Shown in pieces: positions 22,195-32,118 of a stretch of DNA of 64,000 nt. The notes below the pieces were generated by a model. The model was given only the letters and a program-made list of their open reading frames with translations, did not search any database and had not been told where the DNA came from. The DNA is from an uncultured Pelagibacteraceae bacterium (GTDB lineage Bacteria > Pseudomonadota > Alphaproteobacteria > Pelagibacterales > Pelagibacteraceae), in contig CACFZB010000001.1 of the NCBI GenBank assembly GCA_902570715.1, positions 5,615 to 69,614 of the forward strand. The letters are read 5' to 3'. A program made the translations under genes and the position numbers. The number at the start of each line of letters is the position of its first letter. The stretch's first letter is position 1.

Positions 22195-23336
22195 AAAAAA
22201 TTGCTATTATTGGTGCTGGTATTTCAGGACTATTTATTGCTAATTTATTTAAAAGAAATTCAAATTATAGAATTACAGTTTATGAAAAAAATTCCATGAT
22301 TAATTTAGAGGAGGGTTATGGAATTCAATTATCAGTAAACAGTGTAAAGCTTTTAAACAAAATTGGATTTGATAAATTTCAAAATGATAAAAAGTTTAAT
22401 CCAGATAAAATAAAATTTTACTCAATAAAAAGCTTAAACAAGATTTGTGATTTGAATATTTCTGATTTTAATTTAGAAGATAGTAAGTATACTACATTAA
22501 AAAGGTCTGATTTAGTTAAATTTTTAAAAACAGATTTAGAGAAGTTAATTAAAACAAATCACAGTATTTCAAATATATCTCAAGAAAATCAAAAAATTCA
22601 ACTTACTTTTGAAAATAATGAAAATTTTGAATGCGATTATTTAATTATATCAGATGGAGTTTTTTCAAAAAGTAAAAATCTTATCTCGAATAATCAAAAT
22701 CAGCCAAAATATAATAACACATTGGCAATTAGAGGAATGATTCCCATTACTACTAATAATATTGATAAAAAAAGTATTTCATTATTTTTAGGTTCTAATT
22801 TTCATAACGTAATTTATCCAGTAACTCAAAATGAAGATCTAAATTTTATAGCAATAATGAAATATAACCTTTCTTTTAGCGAACAAAAAAACTATTCATT
22901 ATTTAATGACGATAATTTTATCAAAAAAATTTTAGATAGTATTCCTCAAGAAAGTAAAAAATTTTTTGATCAAATTAAGGGATTAAAGATATTTCCTGTA
23001 TTTGTCAGTGATAGTTTTTTTAAAATTAAGAATAACAATATTCATTTAATTGGTGATGCTTTTTTTGCTTTTCCACCATCATTTGCCCAAGGGGCATCTC
23101 AATCAATAGAAGGAGCTTATGAACTTTTTGATAACATAAAAAATAATACAGAAAATAAATTTTTTAAAAATAGAGTTAGAAAAACAAAGATGGTTAATAG
23201 AAGATCAAAAATTAACCAATTTACTTTTCATCTATCTAATCCTTTATTGAAATTTATCAGGGATATCTCTTTGAAAAGACTATTAAAAAATAAACAGTTT
23301 CTAGAGAGCTATATTGGTAAAATTTATAAAAGTTAA
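22191..23336 (+). CDS. FAD-dependent monooxygenase (class A flavoprotein hydroxylase), substrate unknown
   Basis: GAGISG, SDGVFS (DG motif), IGDA...PPSFAQGASQSIE (GD motif). Confidence 0.85.
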   Translation: MKKIAIIGAGISGLFIANLFKRNSNYRITVYEKNSMINLEEGYGIQLSVNSVKLLNKIGFDKFQNDKKFNPDKIKFYSIKSLNKICDLNISDFNLEDSKYTTLKRSDLVKFLKTDLEKLIKTNHSISNISQENQKIQLTFENNENFECDYLIISDGVFSKSKNLISNNQNQPKYNNTLAIRGMIPITTNNIDKKSISLFLGSNFHNVIYPVTQNEDLNFIAIMKYNLSFSEQKNYSLFNDDNFIKKILDSIPQESKKFFDQIKGLKIFPVFVSDSFFKIKNNNIHLIGDAFFAFPPSFAQGASQSIEGAYELFDNIKNNTENKFFKNRVRKTKMVNRRSKINQFTFHLSNPLLKFIRDISLKRLLKNKQFLESYIGKIYKS

Positions 23337-24403
23337 TTATTAGAAATTAATCTTTGTCTTAAATTATCGATAGGAACCACTGTTCCATTTAAATTGTAGT
23401 GCCAAAAAGTCCAACCATTGCAGCTTTCAGCGCCTAAGATGGTTGCTGCCACTTTATGAATTGAGCCCTCAGTTTGATCGTGTTTAATGCTTCCATCAGC
23501 CATTATTTTTGCACTAATTTTTTTCTTATTATCAAAAATGGTAGCACCTGGTTTTATTATTCCTAATTCAACCAATGTACCAAAAGGTATTCTTGGTTTA
23601 GATCTACCATTCTGTAAAGTATCTAAATAATCATCTTCAATGGGTTTCGTTTTTTTTAATCTTTCTCCAGCAGCTTTAAAATAGTTTTTTTCCTTTTCAA
23701 TTCCATAATAATTTCTACCTAATTTTTTAGCAACAGTTGCAGTAGTTCCGGTCCCTAAAAAAGGATCTAAAATTAAATCATTTTTATTTGATGATGCTAA
23801 TAAAATTCTGTGAAGTAAAGCCTCAGGTTTTTGAGTGGAATGGACTTTTTTCCCATTCTTTTTTAGTCTCTCTGAACCATTGCAAATCGGCAATTCCCAG
23901 TTAGACCTCATTTGGAGGTCGTCATTCAAACACTTTAAAGATTGATAGTTAAAAGTGTATTTTGATTTTTGAGATTTTGAAGCCCAAATTAGAGTTTCAT
24001 GAGCGTTTGTAAAACGAGTTCCTCTAAAATTAGGCATGGGATTTTTTTTGTTCCAAATAACATCATTTAAAATCCAAAAACCTAAATTTTGAACTGCTGT
24101 TCCTACTCTAAAAATATTGTGATAACTACCAATTACCCAAATAGCTCCGTTTTTTTTTAAAATTCTTTTGCATTCGCTTAACCATGAGTAAGTAAAGTCA
24201 TCATACTTTTTAAAATTTTCAAATTGATCCCACTTATCGTCTACTGCACTAACTTTTGATCTATCTGGTCTAGTAAGCTCACTTTTAAGTTGTAGGTTGT
24301 AAGGAGGGTCTGCAAAAATTAAATCAAAAGTCTCATCAGGAATTTTTTTAAGTTCTTCTAAACTATCTCCGTTAACTATTTTATTTTTTAGGTTAAAATT
24401 CAT
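23333..24403 (-). CDS. ccrM: Cell-cycle regulated GANTC adenine methyltransferase CcrM
   Basis: FADPPYNLQL, PMPNFRGTRFTNAHET, HSTQKPE, DPFLGTGT, C-terminal SIHKVA..CNGWTFW domain; no cognate endonuclease nearby. Confidence 0.95.
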   Translation of the reverse strand: MNFNLKNKIVNGDSLEELKKIPDETFDLIFADPPYNLQLKSELTRPDRSKVSAVDDKWDQFENFKKYDDFTYSWLSECKRILKKNGAIWVIGSYHNIFRVGTAVQNLGFWILNDVIWNKKNPMPNFRGTRFTNAHETLIWASKSQKSKYTFNYQSLKCLNDDLQMRSNWELPICNGSERLKKNGKKVHSTQKPEALLHRILLASSNKNDLILDPFLGTGTTATVAKKLGRNYYGIEKEKNYFKAAGERLKKTKPIEDDYLDTLQNGRSKPRIPFGTLVELGIIKPGATIFDNKKKISAKIMADGSIKHDQTEGSIHKVAATILGAESCNGWTFWHYNLNGTVVPIDNLRQRLISNN

Positions 24404-24416
24404 TTTATAAAAACAA

Positions 24417-24445
24417 ATTAGACTCTAAAAAGATTCTTGGGTCAA
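24417..24445 (-). promoter_or_regulatory. Putative sigma70 promoter of ccrM containing two GANTC sites
   Basis: Minus strand TTGACC-N17-TCTAAT; GANTC at 24421-24425 and 24432-24436. Confidence 0.7.
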
Positions 24446-24493
24446 CTTGTGATTGAATTATTTAAATTCAATTTGTGTATTAGTTACTTTTGG

Positions 24494-24509
24494 TAACAAT
24501 ATATTGTGT
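24494..24509. promoter_or_regulatory. Palindrome resembling an NrdR box
   Basis: taACAATATATTGTgt, perfect 12-bp palindrome; close to consensus acaCwAtATaTwGtgt. Confidence 0.35.
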
Positions 24510-24522
24510 TTATACGTGAAAC

Positions 24523-25083
24523 TTATTTAATTTTATTTATTGGTGAAAATGTTTTTCTATGATGAACAGTAATTCCTAACTTTTTAATAGCATTTAAGTG
24601 CTGTTTAGTTCCATATCCAAAGTTTTGACACCAAAAATAACCTTTATATTTCCTCCCTAAATTTGAAATCAAGTTATCACGAGTAACTTTAGCTAAAATT
24701 GATGCTGCTGAAATTGATGGTATCTTTTCATCGCCCTTCACAACAGAATATAGCTTATAATTTTTTAAATCTGGAAGTTTATTGCCATCTATTAAAACTT
24801 TAGTTGGTTTTTTTTTTAATTTTTTAATTGCTCTTTTCATCGCCAATAAACTTGCTTTTAAAATATTTTTTTTTTCAATTTCCACTATTGAAGCTTTACC
24901 TATAGCCCATGTAGAATTTTTTTTAATATATTTTGCTAAAATTTCTCTTTTTGATTTTGATAATTTTTTTGAGTCCTTTAAAACTTTTTTATTAATAGAC
25001 TCATTTAATATTACTGCTGCAGCATAAACTGGACCTATTAAACTCCCTCTACCCACCTCATCAACACCAGCAATAATTTCCAT
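24523..25083 (-). CDS. rnhB: Ribonuclease HII
   Basis: GVDEVGRG, KDSKKL, IDGN, KGDEK..SISAASILAKVTRD, GYGT, HRKTF. Confidence 0.96.
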   Translation of the reverse strand: MEIIAGVDEVGRGSLIGPVYAAAVILNESINKKVLKDSKKLSKSKREILAKYIKKNSTWAIGKASIVEIEKKNILKASLLAMKRAIKKLKKKPTKVLIDGNKLPDLKNYKLYSVVKGDEKIPSISAASILAKVTRDNLISNLGRKYKGYFWCQNFGYGTKQHLNAIKKLGITVHHRKTFSPINKIK

Positions 25084-25802
25084 TACATTTTTATATTAAG
25101 ATCTATAATTTTTCGTTTTATGTTTTTCAAATCTTCCCAAGAATATTTTTTGTATTCTGGAAATCTTATTAAATATGATGGGCTATATGTTATGATAAAA
25201 GGGTAGGTTTTATTCTTTAAGATTATCTCTTTCCATTTTCCTCGTTCATTTGAAATTTTATTATTCTCTCCCGTAATAGCCTCCATAGCGGTTGATCCTA
25301 ATAATACTAAAATTTTTGGGTTAATTATTGAAATATGATGTTTCAAAAATGTTGAGTAGCGTCTTATTTCTTGTGATGTTGGTTTTCTGTCTTGAGGCGT
25401 TCTAAAATTTATAGAATAGGATGTGTATATATTTTCTATTTTAATATTAATTGCAATTAACATCTTTTTTAGAAGTGATCCAACTTCACCTTGATAAGGG
25501 ATACCTGAACGATCTTCATCTTCGCCTGGAGCTTCTCCAATTAACATGATGGGACTATTTGCGTTACCATCGCCCAAAATTAGATTTTTTGAGTTAGTTT
25601 TTAAATTACAATTCTCAATTGAATTAATTTGTTTTTTTAATTCTGATAATTTTTCTGCTTTTTTTAATATATTATTTGTCTTATTTCCTTCAATTGTATT
25701 AAATCTGTTAACTGGTTTATCAGTGTATATAAAATTTTTTTCAATCGTATTTATAAATTTTTGATAATATTTGGTATTTTGATTTAAAACCTTTTTAATC
25801 AT
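25083..25802 (-). CDS. Uracil-DNA glycosylase superfamily protein (family-4-like, degenerate motifs)
   Basis: IGEAPGEDED motif A, LLGSTA, RGKW, SPSYLIR in place of HPAYLLR. Confidence 0.85.
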   Translation of the reverse strand: MIKKVLNQNTKYYQKFINTIEKNFIYTDKPVNRFNTIEGNKTNNILKKAEKLSELKKQINSIENCNLKTNSKNLILGDGNANSPIMLIGEAPGEDEDRSGIPYQGEVGSLLKKMLIAINIKIENIYTSYSINFRTPQDRKPTSQEIRRYSTFLKHHISIINPKILVLLGSTAMEAITGENNKISNERGKWKEIILKNKTYPFIITYSPSYLIRFPEYKKYSWEDLKNIKRKIIDLNIKM

Positions 25803-25813
25803 AAAATATAATT

Positions 25814-27505
25814 ATGTACAAAAAAATCTATAAAATTATTTTTGTTTTAACATTACTTTATCAGACGCCATTATATTCTAAAAGTAATAGTTCAAATTAT
25901 TTTGATGTAAAAGATTTCTCAAACTATTTTTCAGGTATAGTTGCATTTGGAAATAAAGATAATTCAGAGGCACTCAAATATTTTAATTTTTCCAAAGATC
26001 TACTTGATCAGCATAATTCGTATTTAAAACGTTATATTACAACTTTGGTACTAGAGAAAAAAGTTCCTCAAGCAATTAATATTATTAAAGATATTAAAAA
26101 TAAAGAAAATGTTAATTTTTTTGATGCTTATTTATTGCTTATCCTAGATAGCCTTAAAAATAACGAAATAGAAAAAGCATATGAACATCTTCAAATCACT
26201 TTTAGTTTTGATCAAAAAGATAAATTTAAAATAGCAATTTTAGAAACTTTAAAAGAATTTATCCTTGTTTTTGATAAAAAGAAATTATTGGAAGAAAAAA
26301 AAAATTTTGGAAATTTTTCATTCATAGCTGAAACATTTCAGAGATGTTATTTAGATGATTTAAAAACAGCGAATTATTTTGTAAATTTAATTAATAAAAA
26401 TGAGGCTGATTATTCAAGATACACATATTTTTATTTGACTTATTTAGTAGATAAAAAAAAATTTGATGAGATAGAAAAACTTACATTTGATATAAACTAT
26501 ATAAATTCTACTTTACTTTTATCACAAGCAAAAGACTGGATTGTAAACAAAAATTTTGAAAAATTTAAAAGTGTTTTTTCATGTAAAAATCACACTCATG
26601 TTATCAGTGAATTTTTATTCTTAATCTCAAACCTTTATTCTTCGCAGGATAATTTTGAGAGATCTAATTTTTATTTGTACTTATCAAACTTTTTAAATCC
26701 AAAATTTGTTTATAATACATCCTTGATGGCTGAAAATTATTATCAAAACGGAGATTATAAAAAATCAAAAAAAGTTTTAAATAATTTTAAAGAGGAAGAT
26801 AATTTTTATTTTTGGTATCGAATAAGAAAAGAGGCTCAAATCATTTTAAAGCAAAAAGATAGAAAGGCATCTTTAAAATATATTTCATCTGAATTTAAAA
26901 AAATTGATAGACCAAATAATAAAATGATTTTTGATTTAGCAAATTATAATAAAAACTCTGGAGATTATGAAACTGCGATAAAATATTATTCACTTGTTAT
27001 TGAAAATTTGAGTGAAAATACAAATATCAAATCAGATCTTTTATATAGACGAGGTGGAACTTATGAAAGAAAAGGAGACTATGTAAATGCAGATAAAGAC
27101 TTATTACATTCTTTAGTTATTAATCCAGATGATACCTATGTTTTAAATTATTTAGCGTATTCATGGTTAGAAAGAAATTACAAAATTAAAGAAGCTATAA
27201 AAATGTTAGAGACTGCTTATGCTAATAATAGTGATGACCCATATATAATTGACTCGATAGGGTGGGCTTATTATTTAGTTAATGATTATTTAAAAGCAGA
27301 AAAATTTTTAAGAAGAGCGGTCGAATTGATGCCGAATGATCCAATAGTCAATGATCATTATGGAGATATTTTGTGGAAATTAGATCAAAAGATCCAGGCT
27401 AGGTATTTCTGGAAAAATGTTCTTAAAATGAAAGATGTTGAAGAAAATATTATTGAAAGTATAAAAGAAAAATTAATCTACGGCACTAAAGTTCATAAAT
27501 CATGA
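25814..27505 (+). CDS. Exported tetratricopeptide repeat protein
   Basis: Signal peptide; VLNYLAYSW, YIIDSIGWAYY, VNDHYGDILW; conserved TPR-ispE context. Confidence 0.88.
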   Translation: MYKKIYKIIFVLTLLYQTPLYSKSNSSNYFDVKDFSNYFSGIVAFGNKDNSEALKYFNFSKDLLDQHNSYLKRYITTLVLEKKVPQAINIIKDIKNKENVNFFDAYLLLILDSLKNNEIEKAYEHLQITFSFDQKDKFKIAILETLKEFILVFDKKKLLEEKKNFGNFSFIAETFQRCYLDDLKTANYFVNLINKNEADYSRYTYFYLTYLVDKKKFDEIEKLTFDINYINSTLLLSQAKDWIVNKNFEKFKSVFSCKNHTHVISEFLFLISNLYSSQDNFERSNFYLYLSNFLNPKFVYNTSLMAENYYQNGDYKKSKKVLNNFKEEDNFYFWYRIRKEAQIILKQKDRKASLKYISSEFKKIDRPNNKMIFDLANYNKNSGDYETAIKYYSLVIENLSENTNIKSDLLYRRGGTYERKGDYVNADKDLLHSLVINPDDTYVLNYLAYSWLERNYKIKEAIKMLETAYANNSDDPYIIDSIGWAYYLVNDYLKAEKFLRRAVELMPNDPIVNDHYGDILWKLDQKIQARYFWKNVLKMKDVEENIIESIKEKLIYGTKVHKS

Positions 27506-28344
27506 ATTTTAATAAAATTAAATCATATGCAAAAATTAACTTGTCTTTAAGTGTAGTAGGTAAATCAAAAAAATTACATAAAATTGAAAGCTTAGTAGCA
27601 TTCATAGATCTTTATGATTTAATATCGATAAAAAAAATTCAATCAAAGAATCATCGAATTGTTTTTACGGGAAAATTTAAAAAAAAGATAAATTCTAATA
27701 ATACTGTATCTAAATTATTAAATATCTTAGAAAAAAAAAAAATAATTAATCAAAAATTTTATATAAAGATAGTAAAGAATATTCCGCAAGAATCAGGCTT
27801 AGGTGGCGGCTCAATGAATGCTGCAAATATTTTAAGATCATTTATAAAAAAAAAGATAATTAAAATTGACAAAAAAAAAGCTTATGAGATATCAAATGAT
27901 ATTGGTTCAGACGTTATTTTAGGACTCGAGCCAACAAACTCCATTATTACTTCAAAAAATAAGATAGTAAGATTTAAAAAATGTAAAAGATTATTTACCT
28001 TAATTGTAAAACCTAACTTTGGCTGTTCTACAAAAAAAATTTATGCTAAGGTCAATAAGTTTGATAAGGTCAAAAATTATAAATATTCAAAAAAAATGTT
28101 CAATTTTGAATACTTAAAAAAAATGCAAAACTCTTTAGAGGAAATTGCTTTAAGTAGATATCCGGTTTTAAAAGAGATTAAATCTTACTTATTAAAATTA
28201 GAAAATCCAATTTTTGTTAGAATGACAGGCTCAGGTTCTGCTCTGGTTTCTTACTATTATTCAAAAAAACATTGTGATAGAGCCAAAAAACTCTTCAATA
28301 AAGAATATAAAAAATATTGGTGCGTCAGTTCAAAAACTATATAA
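27502..28344 (+). CDS. ispE: CDP-ME kinase
   Basis: AKINLSL, KNIPQESGLGGGSMNAA, IGSDV, MTGSGS. Confidence 0.93.
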   Translation: MNFNKIKSYAKINLSLSVVGKSKKLHKIESLVAFIDLYDLISIKKIQSKNHRIVFTGKFKKKINSNNTVSKLLNILEKKKIINQKFYIKIVKNIPQESGLGGGSMNAANILRSFIKKKIIKIDKKKAYEISNDIGSDVILGLEPTNSIITSKNKIVRFKKCKRLFTLIVKPNFGCSTKKIYAKVNKFDKVKNYKYSKKMFNFEYLKKMQNSLEEIALSRYPVLKEIKSYLLKLENPIFVRMTGSGSALVSYYYSKKHCDRAKKLFNKEYKKYWCVSSKTI

Positions 28345-28377
28345 ATTTTGTTTTTTTGTGTTATACGATTTAATTAT

Positions 28378-28451
28378 TGGGGCGTAGCCAAGCGGTAAGG
28401 CACGGGTTTTTGGTACCTGCATCCTAGGTTCGAATCCTAGCGCCCCAGCCA
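28378..28451 (+). tRNA. tRNA-Gln (TTG)
   Basis: TGGGGCG/CGCCCCA acceptor (U1-A72), anticodon loop TTTTGGT, T-loop TTCGAAT, encoded CCA. Confidence 0.95.
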
Positions 28452-28454
28452 AAT

Positions 28455-29732
28455 ATGATAGATATATTAAATAAATTATTTTCGAGAACTAATAATTTAG
28501 ACAATATAAGTTTTGAATTAAAAAATTTATCAACAAGAACTCCAGCATCTAAAATTTTTCAGGCAATAAATTCTTTTTCATCTTCATCAGAAGTTAGATA
28601 TGTCGGTGGGTGTGTAAGAAAAATAATTAATTCAGAAAAAGTCGACGATATAGATCTTGCAACAAATTTAAATCCACGGGAAACCTGTGAAGCATTAAAA
28701 AAAAATGAAATAGATTATTATGAAACTGGAATAGAACATGGGACTATAACAGCTTTAATCGAAGACTATAAATTCGAAATTACAAGTTTAAGAGAAGATG
28801 TTTCAACAGATGGAAGATTTGCACAAGTAAAATTTTCTAAAGATTGGAAAAAAGATGCTTCGAGAAGAGATTTTACTATAAATGCAATTTATTCTGATAA
28901 AGAAGGTAATTTATTTGATCCATATAATGGTAGAGAGGATTTAATAAAGGGAGAAATTAAGTTTATTGGTGATCCAGAAAAAAGAATACAAGAAGACTAT
29001 TTGAGAATATTAAGATATTTAAGGTTTTTTTTAATTTATTCTAAAAAAGATCACAATATTGAAATTATTAAATCTTTAAAAAGGAATTTAATTGGTATTT
29101 CAAAAATATCGAAAGAGAGATTAATCGATGAATTAAAAAAAATTCTTAAACCAAAAATTTTGACTAAATTATCAAAAGATAAAAAAACTTTAGAAATTTT
29201 AGAGGCAATATTTCCAGAGTTAAAATATTTTAAAGTTTTTTCAAATCTAAATTCTCATACAAAAAATATAATTCATGAACTTGATTTTATTTTTATTATA
29301 TCTTTACTTATTATTGATGAAACGGATAACTCTGATTATTTTTTATATAAATTTAATATTTCCAAAAATGATGCAAAGAGATTAAGAAATATTTCTGAAT
29401 TTTATAAAGAAAAGATAACAACTAATACATTTAGTGAAAAAAATATGAATAAAATTCTATATTATAAAGGTAAAGCAACACTTATTGACATTTTAATTTT
29501 TAGAATGTTTAAATTAAAAAAGAGAGTTGATGATCATATAATTGAATTAATTAAAAAGTATGAAAAAAAGCTTATTCCTATAATGCCGATTAAAGCTGAA
29601 TTTTTGATGTCAAAGTTTAATATTCCTGAGGGTAAGATTCTAGGTGATAAGCTAAGATTAATTGAGAATGAGTGGGTGAGTAATAATTTTCAAATTTCAG
29701 ATCAAGAAGTTGAAAATATAATTCATAATTAA
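28455..29732 (+). CDS. cca: CCA tRNA nucleotidyltransferase (class II)
   Basis: [36 protein letters not shown] templating motif. Confidence 0.9.
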   Translation: MIDILNKLFSRTNNLDNISFELKNLSTRTPASKIFQAINSFSSSSEVRYVGGCVRKIINSEKVDDIDLATNLNPRETCEALKKNEIDYYETGIEHGTITALIEDYKFEITSLREDVSTDGRFAQVKFSKDWKKDASRRDFTINAIYSDKEGNLFDPYNGREDLIKGEIKFIGDPEKRIQEDYLRILRYLRFFLIYSKKDHNIEIIKSLKRNLIGISKISKERLIDELKKILKPKILTKLSKDKKTLEILEAIFPELKYFKVFSNLNSHTKNIIHELDFIFIISLLIIDETDNSDYFLYKFNISKNDAKRLRNISEFYKEKITTNTFSEKNMNKILYYKGKATLIDILIFRMFKLKKRVDDHIIELIKKYEKKLIPIMPIKAEFLMSKFNIPEGKILGDKLRLIENEWVSNNFQISDQEVENIIHN

Positions 29733-30205
29733 ATATATTTAACATCTTTAATTTCAAAATTTTTAATTCCAGCAGGTGTATTAATTTCCACCAGATCATT
29801 TTTATTTTTTCCAATTAAACCTTTACCGATTGGTGATTGAAAATAAATTAATTTATTTTTTAGATCTGCCTCGTCTTTTCCAACAATTTTATAGCTAATT
29901 TTTTCACTTGTATCTAAATTTTCTAAAAAAACTGTTGACCCAAAAATTACTTTACCTTCATTATTAATTTTTGTGACATCAATAATGTTAGCTCTTGCTA
30001 TAATGTCATTTATCTCAGTGATTCTTCCCTCATTATGTGATTGTTCTTCTTTTGCTGCATGATATTCTGCGTTTTCTTTTAGATCTCCATGTGATCTAGC
30101 TTCTGCAATGGCCGAAACAATTTGTGGTCTTTTTTTTTCTTTTAAAAAAATTAACTCTTCTTTAAGTTTATTTAATCCGTTTAGAGTAATTGGTTCTTTT
30201 TCCAT
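29729..30205 (-). CDS. greA: Transcription elongation factor GreA
   Basis: [30 protein letters not shown]. Confidence 0.96.
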   Translation of the reverse strand: MEKEPITLNGLNKLKEELIFLKEKKRPQIVSAIAEARSHGDLKENAEYHAAKEEQSHNEGRITEINDIIARANIIDVTKINNEGKVIFGSTVFLENLDTSEKISYKIVGKDEADLKNKLIYFQSPIGKGLIGKNKNDLVEINTPAGIKNFEIKDVKYI

Positions 30206-30206
30206 A

Positions 30207-31034
30207 TTATTTCCATTTTGCCAAAGGCGGAAGAGACATTAAAATTCCATCAACGTTACCACCAGTTTGTAATCCAAATTTTGTTCCTCTATCATACAAT
30301 AAATTAAATTCAACATATCTACCTCTCTTATTATACTGCATTTCTTTATCTTTCTTATTCCATCTTTTTTTTATTTTTTTTTTGATAAATTTTTCAAAAA
30401 TTGTTTGGAAAGTCACCCCAACATCTCTAACAAACTTAAAGTCCTTCTCAAAATTATTCCTTTTATAATCAAAAAAAATACCTCCAATTCCTCTAGACTC
30501 TTTCCTGTGGGGTAAGTAAAAATATTCATCACACCATTTTTTATATCTTGAATAGTAATTTTTGTTATGTCGGTTACAAAGTTTTTTCAAAATTTCATGA
30601 AATTCTTTTTTTTCATTTTCATCTTTTTTTGAAGGAGTTACATCAATTCCTCCACCAAACCAATCATAGGTAGTACAAATATACCTTGTATTAAAATGCA
30701 TAGCTGGAATATTTGGATTTTTCATATGCATTACTACAGAAATTCCTGACGCCCAAAAGTTTGGATTATTTTTTGCTCCAAGTATTTTTTTTTGGAAATT
30801 CTTGGGAAACTTTCCATATACTTTAGAAAAATTAACTCCAACTTTATCAAAAACTTTTCCATTTTCTAGAATTTTAAATTCACCACCACCTTCATCCTTT
30901 TTATTATTTCTTTTCCATATTTTTGATTTAAATTTAACTTTATTTTTTTCTAAATTACAAATTGCATGACAGATAGATTGTTGAAGCATTTTAAACCAAT
31001 TACTTGTTAAATCTTTTTTTATTTCTAAGTCCAT
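30207..31034 (-). CDS. hemF: Oxygen-dependent coproporphyrinogen III oxidase
   Basis: [48 protein letters not shown]. Confidence 0.96.
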   Translation of the reverse strand: MDLEIKKDLTSNWFKMLQQSICHAICNLEKNKVKFKSKIWKRNNKKDEGGGEFKILENGKVFDKVGVNFSKVYGKFPKNFQKKILGAKNNPNFWASGISVVMHMKNPNIPAMHFNTRYICTTYDWFGGGIDVTPSKKDENEKKEFHEILKKLCNRHNKNYYSRYKKWCDEYFYLPHRKESRGIGGIFFDYKRNNFEKDFKFVRDVGVTFQTIFEKFIKKKIKKRWNKKDKEMQYNKRGRYVEFNLLYDRGTKFGLQTGGNVDGILMSLPPLAKWK

Positions 31035-31035
31035 T

Positions 31036-31509
31036 TTAAATTAATTTAGTTTGTTTAAGGCTTTCAGCTAATATTATTGCAACAGATGAGGCAATGTTAA
31101 GTGAACGCATATTATTTTTCATAGGTATTTTAAGTTTATTTTTTATTATATTATGCACTTCTTCTGGAACCCCAGCACTCTCCCTTCCGAATAATATAGT
31201 ATCATTTATATTAAATTTGAATTTTGTATAAGATAATTTTGCCTTAGTGGTCATTAGTATGATTCTCTCATTTTTTTTATACTGAAAGAAATCATCTGAG
31301 CTTTGATAAAATTTAACATTTTTTGTACTCATGTAATCCATAACCACTCTTTTAAACCTTTTATCGTCTAGCAAAAAGCCACAGGGCTCTATAATCTCTA
31401 ATTTAGCCCCAAGACAAGCACATGTCCTTATTATTGCAGCAGTATTTTGTGGAATATCTGGTTCAAATAATGCAATTTTAGGCCCATCATTCATTAGATT
31501 ATGTGTCAT
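31036..31509 (-). CDS. trmL: tRNA (cytidine34-2'-O) methyltransferase
   Basis: PDIPQNT, IEPCGF, FGRESAGVP, IPM...RSLN. Confidence 0.92.
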   Translation of the reverse strand: MTHNLMNDGPKIALFEPDIPQNTAAIIRTCACLGAKLEIIEPCGFLLDDKRFKRVVMDYMSTKNVKFYQSSDDFFQYKKNERIILMTTKAKLSYTKFKFNINDTILFGRESAGVPEEVHNIIKNKLKIPMKNNMRSLNIASSVAIILAESLKQTKLI

Positions 31510-31597
31510 TCTTTCAGTAGAAAAATAATACTTTTTTATTATATGTAATCATATATTAACTAGCTAAATCAATATATAGAATTATACAAACATAGAA

Positions 31598-32107
31598 ATG
31601 GCGGAAAAGAAAACCAATAGAAGAGATTTTTTATTTACAGCTACTTATGCTGTTGGAGCTGTGGGAGCAGGTGCAGTAGTTTGGCCTATGATAGATCAAA
31701 TGAATCCAGATGCTTCAGTAAAAGCTTTAGCTAGCACAGAAGTTGATGTTAGCTCTGTGGGTCCCGGAAAAACAATTACAGTGCTTTGGAGGGGAAAACC
31801 AGTGTTTATAAGAAGAAGAACAGATAAAGAAATTGAAGAGGCAAGATCAGTTAAATTAGAGGACTTGAAACATCCAGAAAAAGATGAAGATCGTGCTCAA
31901 AATCCAGAGTGGCTTGTTATGCTTGGTGTTTGTACTCATTTAGGCTGTGTGCCTCTAGATCAAAAGGGGGATTACAATGGTTGGTTTTGTCCTTGCCATG
32001 GATCACATTATGATACATCTGGTAGAATTAGAAAAGGACCAGCGCCAACAAATATGGAAATTCCAAAATATGAATTTGTTAATGCGAATACAATTAAGAT
32101 TGGGTAG
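31598..32107 (+). CDS. petA: Ubiquinol-cytochrome c reductase Rieske subunit
   Basis: RRDFL Tat signal, CTHLGC, CPCHGS. Confidence 0.97.
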   Translation: MAEKKTNRRDFLFTATYAVGAVGAGAVVWPMIDQMNPDASVKALASTEVDVSSVGPGKTITVLWRGKPVFIRRRTDKEIEEARSVKLEDLKHPEKDEDRAQNPEWLVMLGVCTHLGCVPLDQKGDYNGWFCPCHGSHYDTSGRIRKGPAPTNMEIPKYEFVNANTIKIG

Positions 32108-32118
32108 GAAAATTAATA

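Noticed and set aside
23333-24403. Restriction-modification or defence system
   Set aside because: Has CcrM-specific motifs, the C-terminal domain and rnhB context; no endonuclease adjacent
28378-28451. tRNA-Gln as an integration site
   Set aside because: Flanked by core genes; no integrase or duplicated 3' end seen
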